A stretch of 64,000 bases of DNA from Takakia lepidozioides (GCA_030704615.1 CM060732.1:78244001-78308000), one strand, 5' to 3'; shown: positions 25,126 through 39,046, numbered from the stretch's first letter. The notes: a model not told the origin generated them from the sequence alone. A program made the numbers and translations.

Positions 25126-26672
25126 TATTATGTCGTCCAGCTTGTTTCCGCGGTAAAGGGTGCCAATCCGCGGGAATACACTCCACTTCTTTCTGGGTGC
25201 ATGGTGACGCGGTCTTCAAGTGTGATGAGGTGGAGTGAGCCCCGTGATGTGGCATTGGTGCAAGGTGACGTGGCGTGAGCGCAGTTGCGATCACGCGACC
25301 AGGCTCACGCCGAGGCATCCCTGAAATGTCACATTCCAGACAATGATGCTGGTTGAGATTTCCTCCTGTTCCACCTTCCCCTCTGATGGGACTTTTGAAT
25401 CCCTCCAACCGGACTTTGGCACATATGTCAGATATGAAGAACTTCACTTTAAAAGATGTATATGCTATGCCAGTGAGAGCAGGCACAACATACCCTCATT
25501 GACCATTCTGTGTCAGATCCACTGGAAGTAATCTGAGAACTGAATGATCAAAGTGCTCTTGAAGCATGCTCCCCTATAGAGAGCATGCAAGAGAACATAT
25601 TTACTTGTTGACTAGTCTGCTTGCCTGTCGGGTGTATTCAAGGATGCCATCTGTTTAGGGAACAATCAGAACCTGCTGCAAAATTTGAAAAGAAAATCAC
25701 AACAGGCATGAATCAACATGTACCATTTCACCAGCGCTGCAACATTCTTTCCAGACTTCCTTCTTGGCCTCTTCTTGGAAATTCAAATCTTTGGACCGTT
25801 TGTTACACACACTTGAATGAATTGAGATGGCCTTCTTACTCCTATAATGAAAACAAAGATAGTCAAGAGTTTGAGTGAAATAGGACGCACCAAATTTGTT
25901 GCAGGGATGTGCCAACAACTCAAAAGAAATCCTTCATTGAAGCCATGTGCATGGACAAGTGAGAGAGTGGGAGGGGACTCTTTTACCAGAAGTGCAAAGC
26001 ACACACTACATTTCCTTCATTACTTGTTGATTCTTCACAAGAGGAGTTCCCGACATCTGAGACATCAACCTTGATCTGCAAGCTCTTACTCAATAAAATG
26101 TCGCTCTACACTCTCTTCTACAAAAAGTGCTCCAGATAGCTACTAACTCTAAAACTATTTGTGCCACCTCAATGAGTATGACCAAGGCAATATATATGTA
26201 CCTACACCATGCCTGTGTAACAAAAATGCCCATAGACCCAGAGAAAGAGAGTAAGAAACTTGTTAAACTGTGTTGTCCATGGTCACATGGCCAGAAATGA
26301 GTGTGACAATTTTCTCAGTGCCTTCACTCACATGCCCGTGCAGATCAGCGATCACTGATCTAACATAGGAGCTAAAGTCCTATTCATATCTCTACGTAAT
26401 TGGGGATTGCTAAACCGTGAGCAGATTCTGTGAGCAGAATTCTGCTCACGGATCTGCATGTGCTCACCTATAACCGCGGAAACCTATTCGGCCTAGAGGA
26501 CCTATTACTGCGGGTTGTGTCAAGTATATCATGCATACGTCATTCATCGTTATGGATGAATGGTGGATGAACGATGGATGAATGGGGGATGAAAGGATGT
26601 TCGACGAATGGTACATGGATGAATGTCATTTGTAGATGAATGCAAAACTAAGATGCATTTTTGAGTAGTGGT

Positions 26673-27827
26673 TGTTAGAGGACTGTCTGGGACTTAGACA
26701 CTTATACGGGATCTGTAGGGTACCCTTAATTTTTGCACAGACTGAGACCAACAGGAGCCTTAGGGGTGACAGAAGCGCACTGTAGAGGGGGGTTACACAG
26801 CCCGTCACAGCCCACACAGCCCACACAGCCCGTCACAGTCGTCACAGCCCACACAGCCAACACAGCCCGTCACAGTTGTCACAGCCGACACAGCCAACAC
26901 AGCCCGTCACAGCCGACAAAGCCCACACAGCTCGTCACAGTCGTCACAGCCCACACAGCCAACACAGCCCGTCACAGCCCACACAGCCCACACAGCCTGT
27001 CACAGTCGTCACAGCCGACACAGCCAACACAGCCCGTCACAGCCCACACAGCCCACACAGCCTGTCACAGTCGTCACAGCCGACACAGCCAACACAGCCC
27101 GCCACAGTCGCACAACCAGTCACAGTCCGTCACAGTTTCACACAGCCAGTCACAGCTTGACACAGCTGTCACGACCATAGGGAACGAAGAGCAGGACAGG
27201 GAACGACTGTGGGGAACAACACCTGCAAATGGAACATGTTAGTTCACGGACGACGGTTAGTGAGGAAAACGGTTAGAGCCACGGGTAGGAAGATAAAGGG
27301 AGAAGCAAGGACGGAGAAGGGGGGATTCTTGGAAGCACTTGAGGGGAGGACTTCTGGGTCATGCATGGGAGGAGATCGGGCGGAGAGGAAGATCGGAAGC
27401 CAAGATGGAGAGCGCGGTGAAGGAGGAACGAGGATTAGTAGATGCTTGTTATATGCAAAGCGGTAGTGATATAGTAGAGCAGATTAGAGACACAATGGCT
27501 TCGGCCTGATACCTGATAAATCCTAATCGGATACTTATACGATACAATCACACTGTGTAGAGAGATCTGAGTGAAGCTGTGGAATGAATGGATGAGTTGA
27601 TGGAATCCAATAGATTGATAAAGCAAACTGATACTTAATTATCAATGGTAAGGTAGCTAACATGAATGCCAAAAGGGAAACAAATAGGAAACACCCCCAT
27701 GATACACTAGCTGTAGGTCATGACTGATTGTTCTGCGCGGGCTGAGTACTTAGAGATTTCCAACTCTTCTATCTTGGAGTTTCCGCCTCGGATAGCGAAG
27801 GGATGGGTGAGTAAAAGCAGCGCGACA
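26673..27827 (+). repeat. 5' LTR (TG...CA) with CACAGCC tandem repeats
   Basis: Near-identical to 39085-40082; longer because of extra repeat units. Confidence 0.95.
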
Positions 27828-27855
27828 TTTGGCGACCATACTGGGGAACTGAGTC

Positions 27856-28416
27856 ATGAACAACCTAGATGTGACAGGCATCTGGTGGGATCATGGTGGT
27901 TGGACCATTAAAGAATTTGAAGTGAATCAAATTCCCTGTGGAACGAAGGAAGAAAGATTGTCCAAACAATTCTTTCAAAGGTTCTTGGAATTGCCAGACG
28001 GTTGTAAAGAAAATATTCTTAAGCGAGTGCATGATGCTGATCCGGAATGGGGTCTGGAAAAAGGAGTGATAAAGATTTATCAGGTAGCCTGTAGAGGAAG
28101 AGCACGTTGGTTACCAACATTGGTTTATGTGATAGCATTGCTATCCATTAAGCGAGTAGAGTTTGAAGGCTGGGAAGAAAGAAAGGTGAATGTTTATACT
28201 CATATGCATGAAGAGCTTGTACTGGTAAAGAATTGGATTCCAAAGGATATTTTGTGGATCAAACTCACACCAAGAACAGCTTTTCAGACTTGTTTGCCAT
28301 ATGGTTATATGGTAACGGAGACTTCAAGTATAGCCAAGGGTGCATTGAAGCTTGAAAGAAACCCAGGCATATACGAGAGATATTACAGAAGAGAGTTTTG
28401 GTTATTGCCACATTAA
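27856..28416 (+). CDS. Unassigned 186-aa ORF between PBS and gag (extra ORF or stop-separated gag N-terminus)
   Basis: ATG-initiated ORF in the same frame as the 28438 ORF, separated from it by TAA and TGA. Confidence 0.5.
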   Translation: MNNLDVTGIWWDHGGWTIKEFEVNQIPCGTKEERLSKQFFQRFLELPDGCKENILKRVHDADPEWGLEKGVIKIYQVACRGRARWLPTLVYVIALLSIKRVEFEGWEERKVNVYTHMHEELVLVKNWIPKDILWIKLTPRTAFQTCLPYGYMVTETSSIAKGALKLERNPGIYERYYRREFWLLPH

Positions 28417-28437
28417 AAGAAATGAAAGACATGGGAC

Positions 28438-31241
28438 ATGAGTGATGAAAGAGAAGCTAGACGCCAGAGATATTCAGCAAAAAGAGAAAGCTATCTGAAA
28501 GCTAATTATCCATATCTTTGGGAGAGAGGAATAGACATAGGGGAATCATCTGGACCTCTCACACCATTAAGATCAAAGAGTACATCACCTATACCGGAAG
28601 AACTAGAGTTGGATGCCACTCCTTCTGTTTCTTTGCAAGAAAGATTAAGGGAATTGGTACAGGAAGAAGATCAATCACGAGGTGAAAGATCTGAGGTACA
28701 TCCCTGGATAAAAGATTTGACAGAAATCTTTGATAAGAGTTGGCATGGAACACCAAAAGCAGGAACTCCAGTTTCTGAAGCAGAAGGTGAAGAAGGAGAA
28801 GAGGATGTGGCAGAGCCAACGGAGAGTTCAGACTCTCCAACACCATTACAGTTGAGTTACATGAGTGAAGAAGAAACCCAAGGGCAGAACTTGGAGGATG
28901 AAAACAGAGAGAAGAAATTGGAAGAGGAAGAATATGAAGAAGTAGATCCAACAGCTGAGGTTGAGACTACAACCAGGACATCCCAACCCGTTGGACCTGG
29001 ATCAAGTGGAGCACTTGGATCACAGGCCAACGAAGGTGTCGGCTCAGGGGGATCAGGCGGGCGGCCTGGATCTGGCTCTGGGGGGACAGGGAGTGTGGGA
29101 AGTAGTGCAACTGAAGCTGGGAATACTGTGAATATCGTGGGGCTAGAAGCAGGGAGTGCTCAAGGGCCACCACTTGGTGGAAGATCCACCACAAAAACAA
29201 CAGGTCCAGAAGGACCAGCACCAGCAAGGGTGCCAGCACCTGTCAGTGGGCAGAAGGTAGGGCCACAGATGGCGTTACAACCAACACGGGCAAAACCACC
29301 CTTTCCCTTTTTTTTCTATAAGGGGATCCCGATGTACACATTAGCCAATTTGAGCACATGTGTATAGTGAACAATGAGAATGGCGATGATGCCAAGATGA
29401 GATTGTTTCCTTGTTCACTTATCAAGAAAGCAAGTGAATGGTATGCAAGATTCCCTGATAATCATTTCCTAACCTGGAATGGCTTGAATACAGCATTTCG
29501 AAATAGGTTCAGGACAAGTAAAACTGAAGATGAAGTGTATGGAAGTTTACAACAGTTAAAGCAAAAGAAGCATGAAACTGTTGAGGAGTATATGGAAAAG
29601 ATGGAATTGATGATGAAAAAGCTGGCTGCAGTACCAGCACCCGGTTTACAGAAGACTTGGTTTGTGAGTGGACTAAGACCAGAGTTGCAAAAGAAAGTGG
29701 ATATGTTACCCCATAATACAGTGGAGGAGGCATTTGAAACTGCAAACAGAATTGAGCAATTGGGAATGCTCAGGAGAGAGAAAAGAGATGATGAGGACTC
29801 TGAGGATGAGTCAGATGAAGAAGAAGAGCAAGAACTAAAAAGGAAGAGTAAGAGAAAGGAGAAGTTGAAGAGGGATAACTATGAAAAAAGATTGGAAGAA
29901 ATCTTGAAGAAGTATGCCACAGAGGCTGCAACACATTGGAGGAAGGGTGTATGGTGTGCAAAGTGCCAAAATGAAGGCCATACCACCACAGAATGCCACA
30001 TGAAGGAGAAACACTGTACTATCTGTAAAATGGATAACCATTCTACTGAGAATTGTTACTACAACAGAAGGACAGCTGCAAGAGAACCTAGGCAAGTAAG
30101 GGTGCATCAGGTGCAGCCCCAGCCAAGAAGAAACAATGATCAGGACCACTATGGTAGGTCTGGTGGTTATAACAATGGCATGGAAGGGAGAGGTAATTCA
30201 AGAGGGAATTACCAAGGAAATTCCAGAGGCAACTATCAGGGTAATCCAAGGGGGAATTACCAGCCCGGGAATCAGGATTATAGAAATAATCCAAGAACAG
30301 ACCAAGGGCGAGGACCCAATGGTGAAGAACTATGTTACTATTGTAATCAGCCAGGACATCGCAGGGCAGCCTGTTCATTCTGGATAAGACACCAGAATGA
30401 GATGAGAGCTCCTGTGAATGAGGGCCCAGTGGTGGCAGCTCACATGGTTAGGCCATGTGTTGTACCAGAAGTAAGTACAATGATAGTAACAAGAAGTAAA
30501 GCCAAACTAATACCTCCAGTAGTAGAGGAAGAAGATGATAATGAAGGTGGCAATGATATGCCTGAAGATGAAGAGACTTGGAAAGATGAGAAGGAACTGC
30601 ACAAGGAAGTGGCAGATACTATAAGGGAAATGCAGAAGAGTACTGATATTCCTGTGGCAGATTCCTCTGATTCTGATGGAGAAGAAGAAGGGAGTGAAGA
30701 AGAAGGGAAGAGAGAAGATGCAGACATGCAAAGTAATGAAGAAACTTTGGCTGAAGTAATATGCCAGACCAAAGCAGAAATTACCATTGGACAGCTATTA
30801 GCTGTGGCACCTTATTGTAGGCACAGGCTGTATCAAGCAATCAATCGAATTGCCCAGGAGACAGGAAACACAGACCTGAACAGCAAGGTGACAAGTTATA
30901 ATGTGAAGCCGGAAGGGCGAGAAACAGTCATGGACTTTGATGATTCTATGCCAGTAATCCAATTGAGAATTGGAAGCACAGAACTAACTGATGTACTGAT
31001 AGATGGAGGTTCTGGAGTAAATATCATGACAGACCAATTAAGGAAGAAGCTTGGTCTAAGTAACATGAAACCAGCCCCATTTACAGTAACAATGGCAGAT
31101 CAAAGAAGTGTACAGCCATTGGGATTAATAAGAGGAGTTAAGATACAGATACAGAAGATGATCTTTATGATCACAGTAACTGTGTTGAAAATGGATGAAG
31201 TCATGGAGGCTTACTCCTTATTATTGGGACGTCGTGGCTGA
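28438..31241 (+). pseudogene. gag: Gypsy gag-protease (frameshift ~29310)
   Basis: Retrotransposon gag block RLFPCSL..ASEWY; three CCHC knuckles (CAKCQNEGH..C, CTICKMDNH..C, CYYCNQPGH..C); protease VLIDGGSGVNIM. Confidence 0.9.
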
Positions 31242-34200
31242 AACAGGCCAGGGTATTCCATGACTGGAATTCTCAGTTACTAACCGTGCATAATGGGATA
31301 CACGAGATACAAATTACCACAAAGAAATCTAGTAGATTACCTGCTACAAGAAGACCTCGAGGAGTCAGAGAGTATGACTGGAAAGGAGGACTGGATGAGG
31401 AGCAGGAAGCTACCCTATTTGCTGCACACCCAGAGTGGGAGCAGGTTGCAGAGATGCGGCTGGAAAGCCTAAGTTGTTTGAGAGGTATCTGCTGTGGTGT
31501 AGTGACAGCAACACCAACTGAAGAGGAAACCAGCATTTACCCATCACATTTCTATGAAGAAAGAGAAGGAGAAATAGAAATCCTAGAAGAACCAGCCACT
31601 GTGAGCTTACAGGATGAAGTGGTGACTGGTTGGACAATCACAGCTGATGAGCAGGTGAGGGAAGTGAATGTGGGAACTAAAGAGGAACCGAGGATGGTGA
31701 AAGTAGGAGCTGATTTGGAGCCGGAATTCTTCGAAGAAGCTAAAAGCTTGTTCATCAAATACAGAGATGTATTTGCTTGGAGCTATGAGGATCTAAAAGG
31801 GATACCACCTGAAGTCTGTCAGCATAAGATTGAACTGGAACCAGGGTCAGTACCAATCAAGCAGGCGAGGTACAGAATGAATCCCAACTACGCACAGAAG
31901 GTTGGAGAAGAGATAAAGAAGTTGGCTGAGGCTAAGTTTATATACCCAATAGAGTATACAACTTGGTTGTCACCCATTGTTATAGTTCCCAAGAAGAATG
32001 GCAAACTAAGAGTATGTGTGAACTATAAGAAGCTGAATGCTTGTACGAAGAAAGATCCTTTCCCCTTGCCATTCACAGAAGCAGTATTAGACACTGTGGC
32101 AGGCCATGAGATGTACTCATTCATGGATGGCTTCAGTGGTTATAATCAAGTGCAAGTGGCAGAAGAAGACCAAGGGAAAACAGCTTTCATCACAGACTGG
32201 GGGGCTTATGCATACAAAGTCATGCCCTTTGGACTTTGTAATGCACCAGCGACCTTTCAGAGAGTGATAAGTGAATCTTTTCATGAGTATCTGGATGATT
32301 TCATGCAGGTATTCTTGGATGATTTCAGTGTGTACAGCTCTAAGAATGAGCACTTGCATAAATTGGAGTTATGTTTGGCCAGATGCAGGATGAGAGGTCT
32401 GGGCCTGAATCCAGAGAAGTGTACTTTCTGTGTGAACTCAGGGGTGCTTCTGGGACACATTGTGTGTAAAAAGGGACTTTTTGTGGATCCCAGGAAGACA
32501 GAGGCCATTAAAGCCTCTCCACCACCAGTGAATGTTAAGAATCTAAGGAGATTCCTTGGGCAAACCAGTTATTACAGAAGATTTGTCAAAGGTATGCACA
32601 AATAGCAGCACCATTGAGCAAACTACTGAAGAAAGATGCAGTGTTTGCCTGGACAGCTGAATGTCAACAGGCGTTTGAGGAACTTACACTGTCAGTAACA
32701 ACTACACCTGTGCTGATTAACCCTCACTGGCATGTAGTATTTCATGTTCACTGCGATGCATCAGGAGAAGCATTGGGAGCGGTGTTAGCCCAGAATGTTA
32801 CAGGAAATATAGATTCACATGTGTACTATGCTAGCAGGTTGATGAACAGTGCTGAAAGGAACTATAGCACGACGGAAAGAGAAGCATTGGCAATGATCTA
32901 TGCAGTGAAGAAATTCAGCATTACCTGTTGGGCAAGAAGTTTATGTTCTATGTGGATCACCAGGCTCTGATATACCTAGTAAACAAACCTCTGATAAGCG
33001 GAAGAATAGCAAGATGGTTGATAATCTTGCACGAGTTTGAGTTCGAGGTTGTTTACAAGCCTGGGAACTACATCTTGTGGCGGATCACTTGTCACGGTTA
33101 TCAACAGGAGAACCAGCCACAGGAAAGATGATCAATTACCAGATGCGAGTCTCTTTGCAGTGGAGGTGCAGGGAAGTGCAGATGACTGGTTAGATTGGCA
33201 GTGGCCAATCAGATACTACCTTGCTCATGGTCAGTGCCCACCTAGTTATGGAAGGAGCAGAGGAAGAGAATCGCTATCAAAGCTTTACCTTATACTATGG
33301 TAGGAAGCAGAATGTATAAGCTAGGACCTGATGGAGTACTAAAACGATGCTTGTACCACCATGAAGTAAATAAAGTTTTGGAGGAAGTTCATAAAGGAGT
33401 GGCTGGAGGTCATTTTGGAGAAGAGACTACCAGTAGGAAGATACTACTCGCAGGTTACTGGTGGCCTACTTTGTTCAAAGATGTACACGAGTATTGTCAG
33501 AGTTGTGATGAATGTCAGAGGCTAGGACCTTTGCAGAGATCTGGAAGGATGGCCTTGCATCCTACAATGCCTACGGAACCATTTCAGAAATGGGGACTAG
33601 ACTTTGTTGGACCAATTAACCCACCAGCCAAGAATACACGGAGCAGGTACATAATTACAACCACTGATTATACTACGAAGTGGGTGGAAGCTAAAGCTTT
33701 GAGGGACAACACAGCCAAGTCCACAGCAAGGTTCCTGTACGAGAACATACTTACACGATTTGGCTGTCCCTTAGAATTTATCAGTGATCAGGGAAGTCAC
33801 TTCATGAATGAGACCATTGAGTTGTTGACTAAAGAGTTCATGATTGTACATAGAAAGAGTACAACATATTACCCACAGGGTAATGGGCAGGCAGAGGCTA
33901 CCAACAAAATACTATGCACTATCTTGGCTAAGATAGTCAATGCAAACAGAACGGATTGGGATACAAAGCTGCTGACAGCTTTGTGGTCATACAGGACTTC
34001 CTATAAAGTCACCACTAAGTATACACCATTCCAATTAGTTTATGGTATGGAAGCCTTACTTCCAGTGGAATTCCTGTTACCTACCATGAGAACGGAGTGG
34101 GGAAAAAGAATGGAATTGCAAGATTCCATTAAGGTCAGGAAACATGAATTATACCATGTGGAAGAAGTACGTGCTAATGCAGCTGATAATATGACCAGAA

Positions 34201-34826
34201 TTCAGATGAAGAGGAAGGAACAGTTTGATGAAGGCAAGTTAAAAACTTTAAAGACGGGAGATTTGGTTCTATGGTTGCAGAAAAAGGGAAAGATTAAAGC
34301 TTCTAAGCTTAAATCACCATGGAAAGGACCTTATGTCATACAAAAGATGTATGATAACAACACCGCCATGTTACAAACCATTAACAAAGAAATGCTGGGA
34401 AGAGTCAATGCCAATAAGTTGAAGGGGTACAGTGGTATCCATGACAAACCATTGCAGCATGATTTGCATGTTGAAACGCAAGAGCAGTCATGGGCTGCAC
34501 CAGTGTTACGAACGGAGTATGGAGCACTTGTCGCTAGGCCGAGCATATATGACCAGGGCGGGCAAAACAAGCGTGACACAGCCTATCACAGCCCATCAAG
34601 GCAAAGCACAGCCTATCACAGCCCATCACGACGTAACACAGCCTATCACAGCCCAGCACGGCGCAACACAACCTATCACAACCTACCACAGCGTGTTACG
34701 GCCTATCACAGCTTACCACAGTGCATCACAGCCTATCACAGCGTACCACAGCGTATCACAGCGTACCACAGTATGACACAGCCTGTCACAGCTCAACACA
34801 GCCTACTAGGGTTACACGATCCATAG
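31242..34826 (+). pseudogene. pol: Gypsy pol (RT, RNase H, integrase), frameshifted
   Basis: KDPFPLPF, MPFGLCNAPATFQR, FLDD; HCDAS..NYSTTEREALA; integrase HHCC, WGLDFVGP, SDQGSHF, PQGNGQAEA, WKGPY. No chromodomain. Confidence 0.95.
34575..34805 (+). repeat. Tandem ~30-bp ACAGCCTATCACAGC repeats at the end of pol
   Basis: Repeating TAYHS peptide; related to the CACAG repeats in the LTR. Confidence 0.8.
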
Positions 34827-35494
34827 ATTCAGTGACAGGTGGACGCATAATAACTTCAGGAAAATGGCTAACGGAAGAAAAGACGGAAACTAGTTTAAAA
34901 ATAGACACGTGGAAGTCAGGGCGCGACACACAGCTGAGAAGGAAGTGCAAGAACAGGTGTCATAAAGAAAGAGGACAAGAACGGCCGTCAAAAGGGATGA
35001 AAGGCGGGCCCATTACTGAATACGGAAAAAGGGAAACGGAACGAACGGCAAGTACAGAAAAGTGAAATTCTTGTCACATGTGTGATCCTAGTGGACTATC
35101 CAGCAGGGAAAGTCCACTAAAGAAAATGAAATCTAAAATCCAGTCACAGCGAATACAACCAATAGAAAACCAGAGAAAGGATCAAGAAAATGGAGGGAAA
35201 TTGAGCGCAAGAGGCGGCGTCGTTCTGAGTAACGGGCGTCTCGACGGGACAGACCATCAATGCTATAGCTTGGAAACTATGGAGGAACTAACAGACTATA
35301 CGCTCGCAATATTAATTACGCAGTGGCATCGACACGAAAGAACAGAGCGGAGCTTTTCTCTTGAGCGATGCTTGCAAGCCCCGCAGGCTTACAAGAAATT
35401 ACCCATAGCTTTCTGTGGCAACCATACGTTTATGCTTTGTGCACTACAGGCATTTCTGCAGTTGTTACAGCCAAAACATTTCTGTGAGTCTAAA

Positions 35495-38400
35495 ATGAAG
35501 AGAGGGAGAGGAATGGAGGAAATCAGGGTGAAGAGCACCACAATTCTGCAGAAACAAACGATTGCTACCCCACAGGCGATACAGATACTGAAGGAGCTGA
35601 GATTGCAAGGATTGCAAAGCATAGATTGGACATTACACCATAGATAGTACATGTTACAATTTTTGCAGAACTTTGAGCCAAGGACAGGAACAACAACGGT
35701 GAAGGGAGTTGAATTAGCAATTACTCCCCTATACCTCCAGCAATTGTTTCGATTGCCAGCAGGTCAGGTGCATGTGGAGGAACACAGGGCAAGACTGCAA
35801 ATAGGGGACTTATTCCAAGAAGGGAGTTTCTTTAAAACTCAGGGTTATGCTTGTACCAAGGCTGTGTACCCAGGGCTAAAGGAGGTAGGACAGGTATTGA
35901 ACGTTCTGATTGCCATGAAACAGAACCAACAGTATTTGAGCAGATCCTTCACAGAGGAAATACTCAAAGCCCTGAAGGGACAAGAGGTAGAATGGGCGGA
36001 CATAATGTACAACGCACTGGTGGAGGAGATGAAAAGATTACAAGGTACTACCGCAAAGTCTCCTATCATAGTGTCTGGCCCAATCATTGCTCAAATAATT
36101 CTTGATTCTGGCATACTTGATGCGCAAGAAAGAAATGAGATGGGAGTGTTTGAGCCAGAAACCACTGCAATGGAAGAGCAAGGCTCTTCACACAGTGAGG
36201 GTGGACTAGCAGGGCAACCCGAGACTAAGAGGCAGAGACGGGGAAAGACTGTAGTGGCGGATCCACTGGCTTCACGGATTCCGCATGATAATGTTTCCCA
36301 AGCTCATGTGCAGGAAGGGGCACAGCAGCACAGAGAAATGCTATTTCTGGAAGCAGGACCTTCAGAGAGGGAGGAGGAAGTTACTTCAGTATCACAACCA
36401 TCACAGCCAGCTGATCGGCTTGTCACAAGGTTACAAGTTGTCCATGCAGCTCAACCAGAAATAATTGATTTGGAAAGAGAAGGGTTAGATATTCCAACTA
36501 CAGAACAGATAGTGGAAGAAATGGAGAAGGGGGACCTTCTCTATGAATATTCTGGTCTGGTCAAGGAGACAGAGATTCCAGAGGTGCAACAGTTGCCCAA
36601 GGAAAATCCTGAGGTGCATATAATACACACACCTATATCAGAGGTACCACAGGCAGAAGGTCATGACACTGTAGCACCGGTGATAGATGAAGTGGTTCAG
36701 GAAGAAAATCCGGTGGGACAATGGCCTGAGTGGTTCGTGAGACATCACACGGTTGAGGATCAAGAGGAACAGCAGCAACCTCACCATGATGACCCTCAAC
36801 AGGCAATGCTGATGAGTTCCATAGGCAGGACACTTAATTTGTTGGGGACTTATGTCAAATCCCATGTTCCAACTACCCAATTGACAGCCTTGAGAGAGGA
36901 ACTCAGGAAGGAGTTTGAGGCTCGACTAGCCACTGAGTGTGCAAACAAGGTCAATGAAGAGGTCACTCTCAAGATGCAGCAGGACTTGGGAAATACAGAA
37001 GCGGCTTTGCAATTGGCCAATGAACAATTGATTGAGGCAGGCCTCGCGCAAGACCAGTTGCACGAAGCACATAAGCAACAGCTATACCAAATGCAGGTGC
37101 AGCATGAAAGCAAGTTGCAAGAAGTAAATGCACTACATACGGAGTTACAAACAGTCCATGACAGGATGGCGATATAATGTGCTACATTCACAACTATGCT
37201 TGACCAATCTACAAAAGAAATAAACAATAAAGCGGAAAAATGTACGAAGGCAGAAGAAGAGAATGTTGAACAAATGAAACTCATTGTCGATATGAAGAAT
37301 ACAATCTGTCGCAATGAGGATACTTTCAAGCAATACAGGCAGATTGAAGCTGATCAAGAGAAGCACATCGTGGAGTTGCAACAAACCATCATGGCCAATA
37401 GAAATGAAATCGCGGTCAATAACAAGGCTTGGAGGGAAGCCAATAATTTACTGGCTGCTTATGCGAATTTGGTTGAACCTCATGCAAGGCGCATGGAGGC
37501 TTTACAACAGGAGTTAGAAGTGTACAAGCTAAGAGAGGAGCACACTCTCAGGGGAACCACAAGCAACTTGGTGGATAACAGCCTTATGCAGGTCTGGTTA
37601 GCACAAGGGCCAGTAGAGGGCAAAGCACCACGAAAGCTCACCCAAAGCGAGATGAATGAGCTCAGACTGCAAGTGCAGAACATTGCCACAACTACTATAG
37701 ACAATGTCTATAGTAGGATAGCCGAGTTACAGGAGGATGTAGATGGACTGCAGACTCAAGTGGAGGACCTCACTTCAAACATCGACAAAAGAGTCTATAT
37801 CCCTCAGGAACAGCTAATGGCTTCTTATTTACAAGCCAAAACTTTGGCTTTTCAATCTTCACAGGAGGTGCAGGAGATGCCAATGATACAAGAGCCAGTA
37901 CCACCAACACCACAACAAGTCACTGTACCAGTAGCTGAACCTGTTGTTACTACAACCACACCGCAACCACCACAGCCTGAGGTATGGGGCACTGCTGATT
38001 TTAACCCACCTAAAACTCTAGCTGCAAGGGAGTACAGTAGGGCTATGATTATGCCCTTCAACCAAATTCCCATCATGTTGGATTTGGCTTGGAAAGAATT
38101 TAGTCCTCCGCAGTCATTCGCACATTACTACCAAATCATGCGTATTTGGCTGCCAGTGGCAACTAGGACTAAAGTTCTTCCGAACAATCGACATATTGAG
38201 GATCATCACTTTGCACAGTACTAGCACGAGGCAGGTACCATGTTAAGGGAATTAATTGCTTTCCAGGTTGTACATGGACTCATTTATACCAAGACCAAGG
38301 AGGTAGCAAGTATTGTCATGGGATGCGGGTTATACTACGCTGCTTGTTTTCTGGTACGTTATCACATTGAGCAACAAAAGATGCAAGCACGCTTTCTGAG

Positions 38401-39046
38401 TTATTCCAGTGGGGATCATTGGGTATTACCTTCGGTGCCACCTCATATGTACCCCTATGACCCAAAAGTTATGATGCAAAAGGATTCTCAAATTCGTTCA
38501 TGGTTTCAAGCGGCCTGGAACAATTTGTCAACACAGAAATTCGGCATTGATGATATTTTCTATAAGGGACATGTGGCATGGAAATACTTGCACGCTGCAC
38601 CAGTAATTGGTACCCCACTCACCTGGACAGACAAGGAGCTCAGTGTCTACACCAATTTTGCTATTCAGCGATTACAGCAGGTTGTAAAATATAAACTTCC
38701 AGACATGGTAGGACAACATTGTATGCCCCAGAGGATTCCACAAAAAGTTCGAAAATTAAAACACCTGAGAGGCGATGAGGATTCTGATACAACTGTTTCT
38801 TCACCGAATTCTTTTGACATGAGAGAAGACTATGCAATTCAGATGGCAAAGAAGAAGCGACGGGGGTCTCCTATGCCTGAAAGGTTACCTCGATATCAGC
38901 CTCCAGAAGGCCTCACTTATCCTGGTAGTGATCAACCATTTCCATCAACCAGAGACAGACCTCGAGCTCGTACACACAGTCCGCCACGAAACTCTCAATG
39001 TCAGAAAGGTGCTCACTCACAAAGGTTTGCTAATCGCAATCAGTAA
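35495..39046 (+). pseudogene. Long extra 3' ORF of the Gypsy (env-like position), broken by three in-frame stops
   Basis: ORFs starting 35078, 35651, 37196 and 38240 are all in one frame and separated by single TAG/TAA/TAG. The N-terminal block LQFLQNF..TVKGVELAITP..LFRLP..VEWADIMY resembles the plant-transposon domain of Athila/SIRE extra ORFs; a coiled-coil-like region follows. Confidence 0.75.

Larger units (their letters stand above)
14802..25323. mobile_element. MULE family B element (~10.5 kb): transposase plus ParB-like/amino-MTase-like gene
   Basis: 9-bp TSD AAATGTCAC (14793-14801, 25324-25332). Imperfect TIR CAACGACGCAATGGCGCGAGC vs CAGGGATGCCTCGGCGTGAGC. GTGAGC/GCTCAC subterminal motifs and two divergent genes inside. 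Confidence 0.85.

Noticed and set aside
26733-27242. Thr/Gln/His-rich ORFs (also 39145-39414)
   Set aside because: They are translations of the LTR CACAGCC minisatellite.
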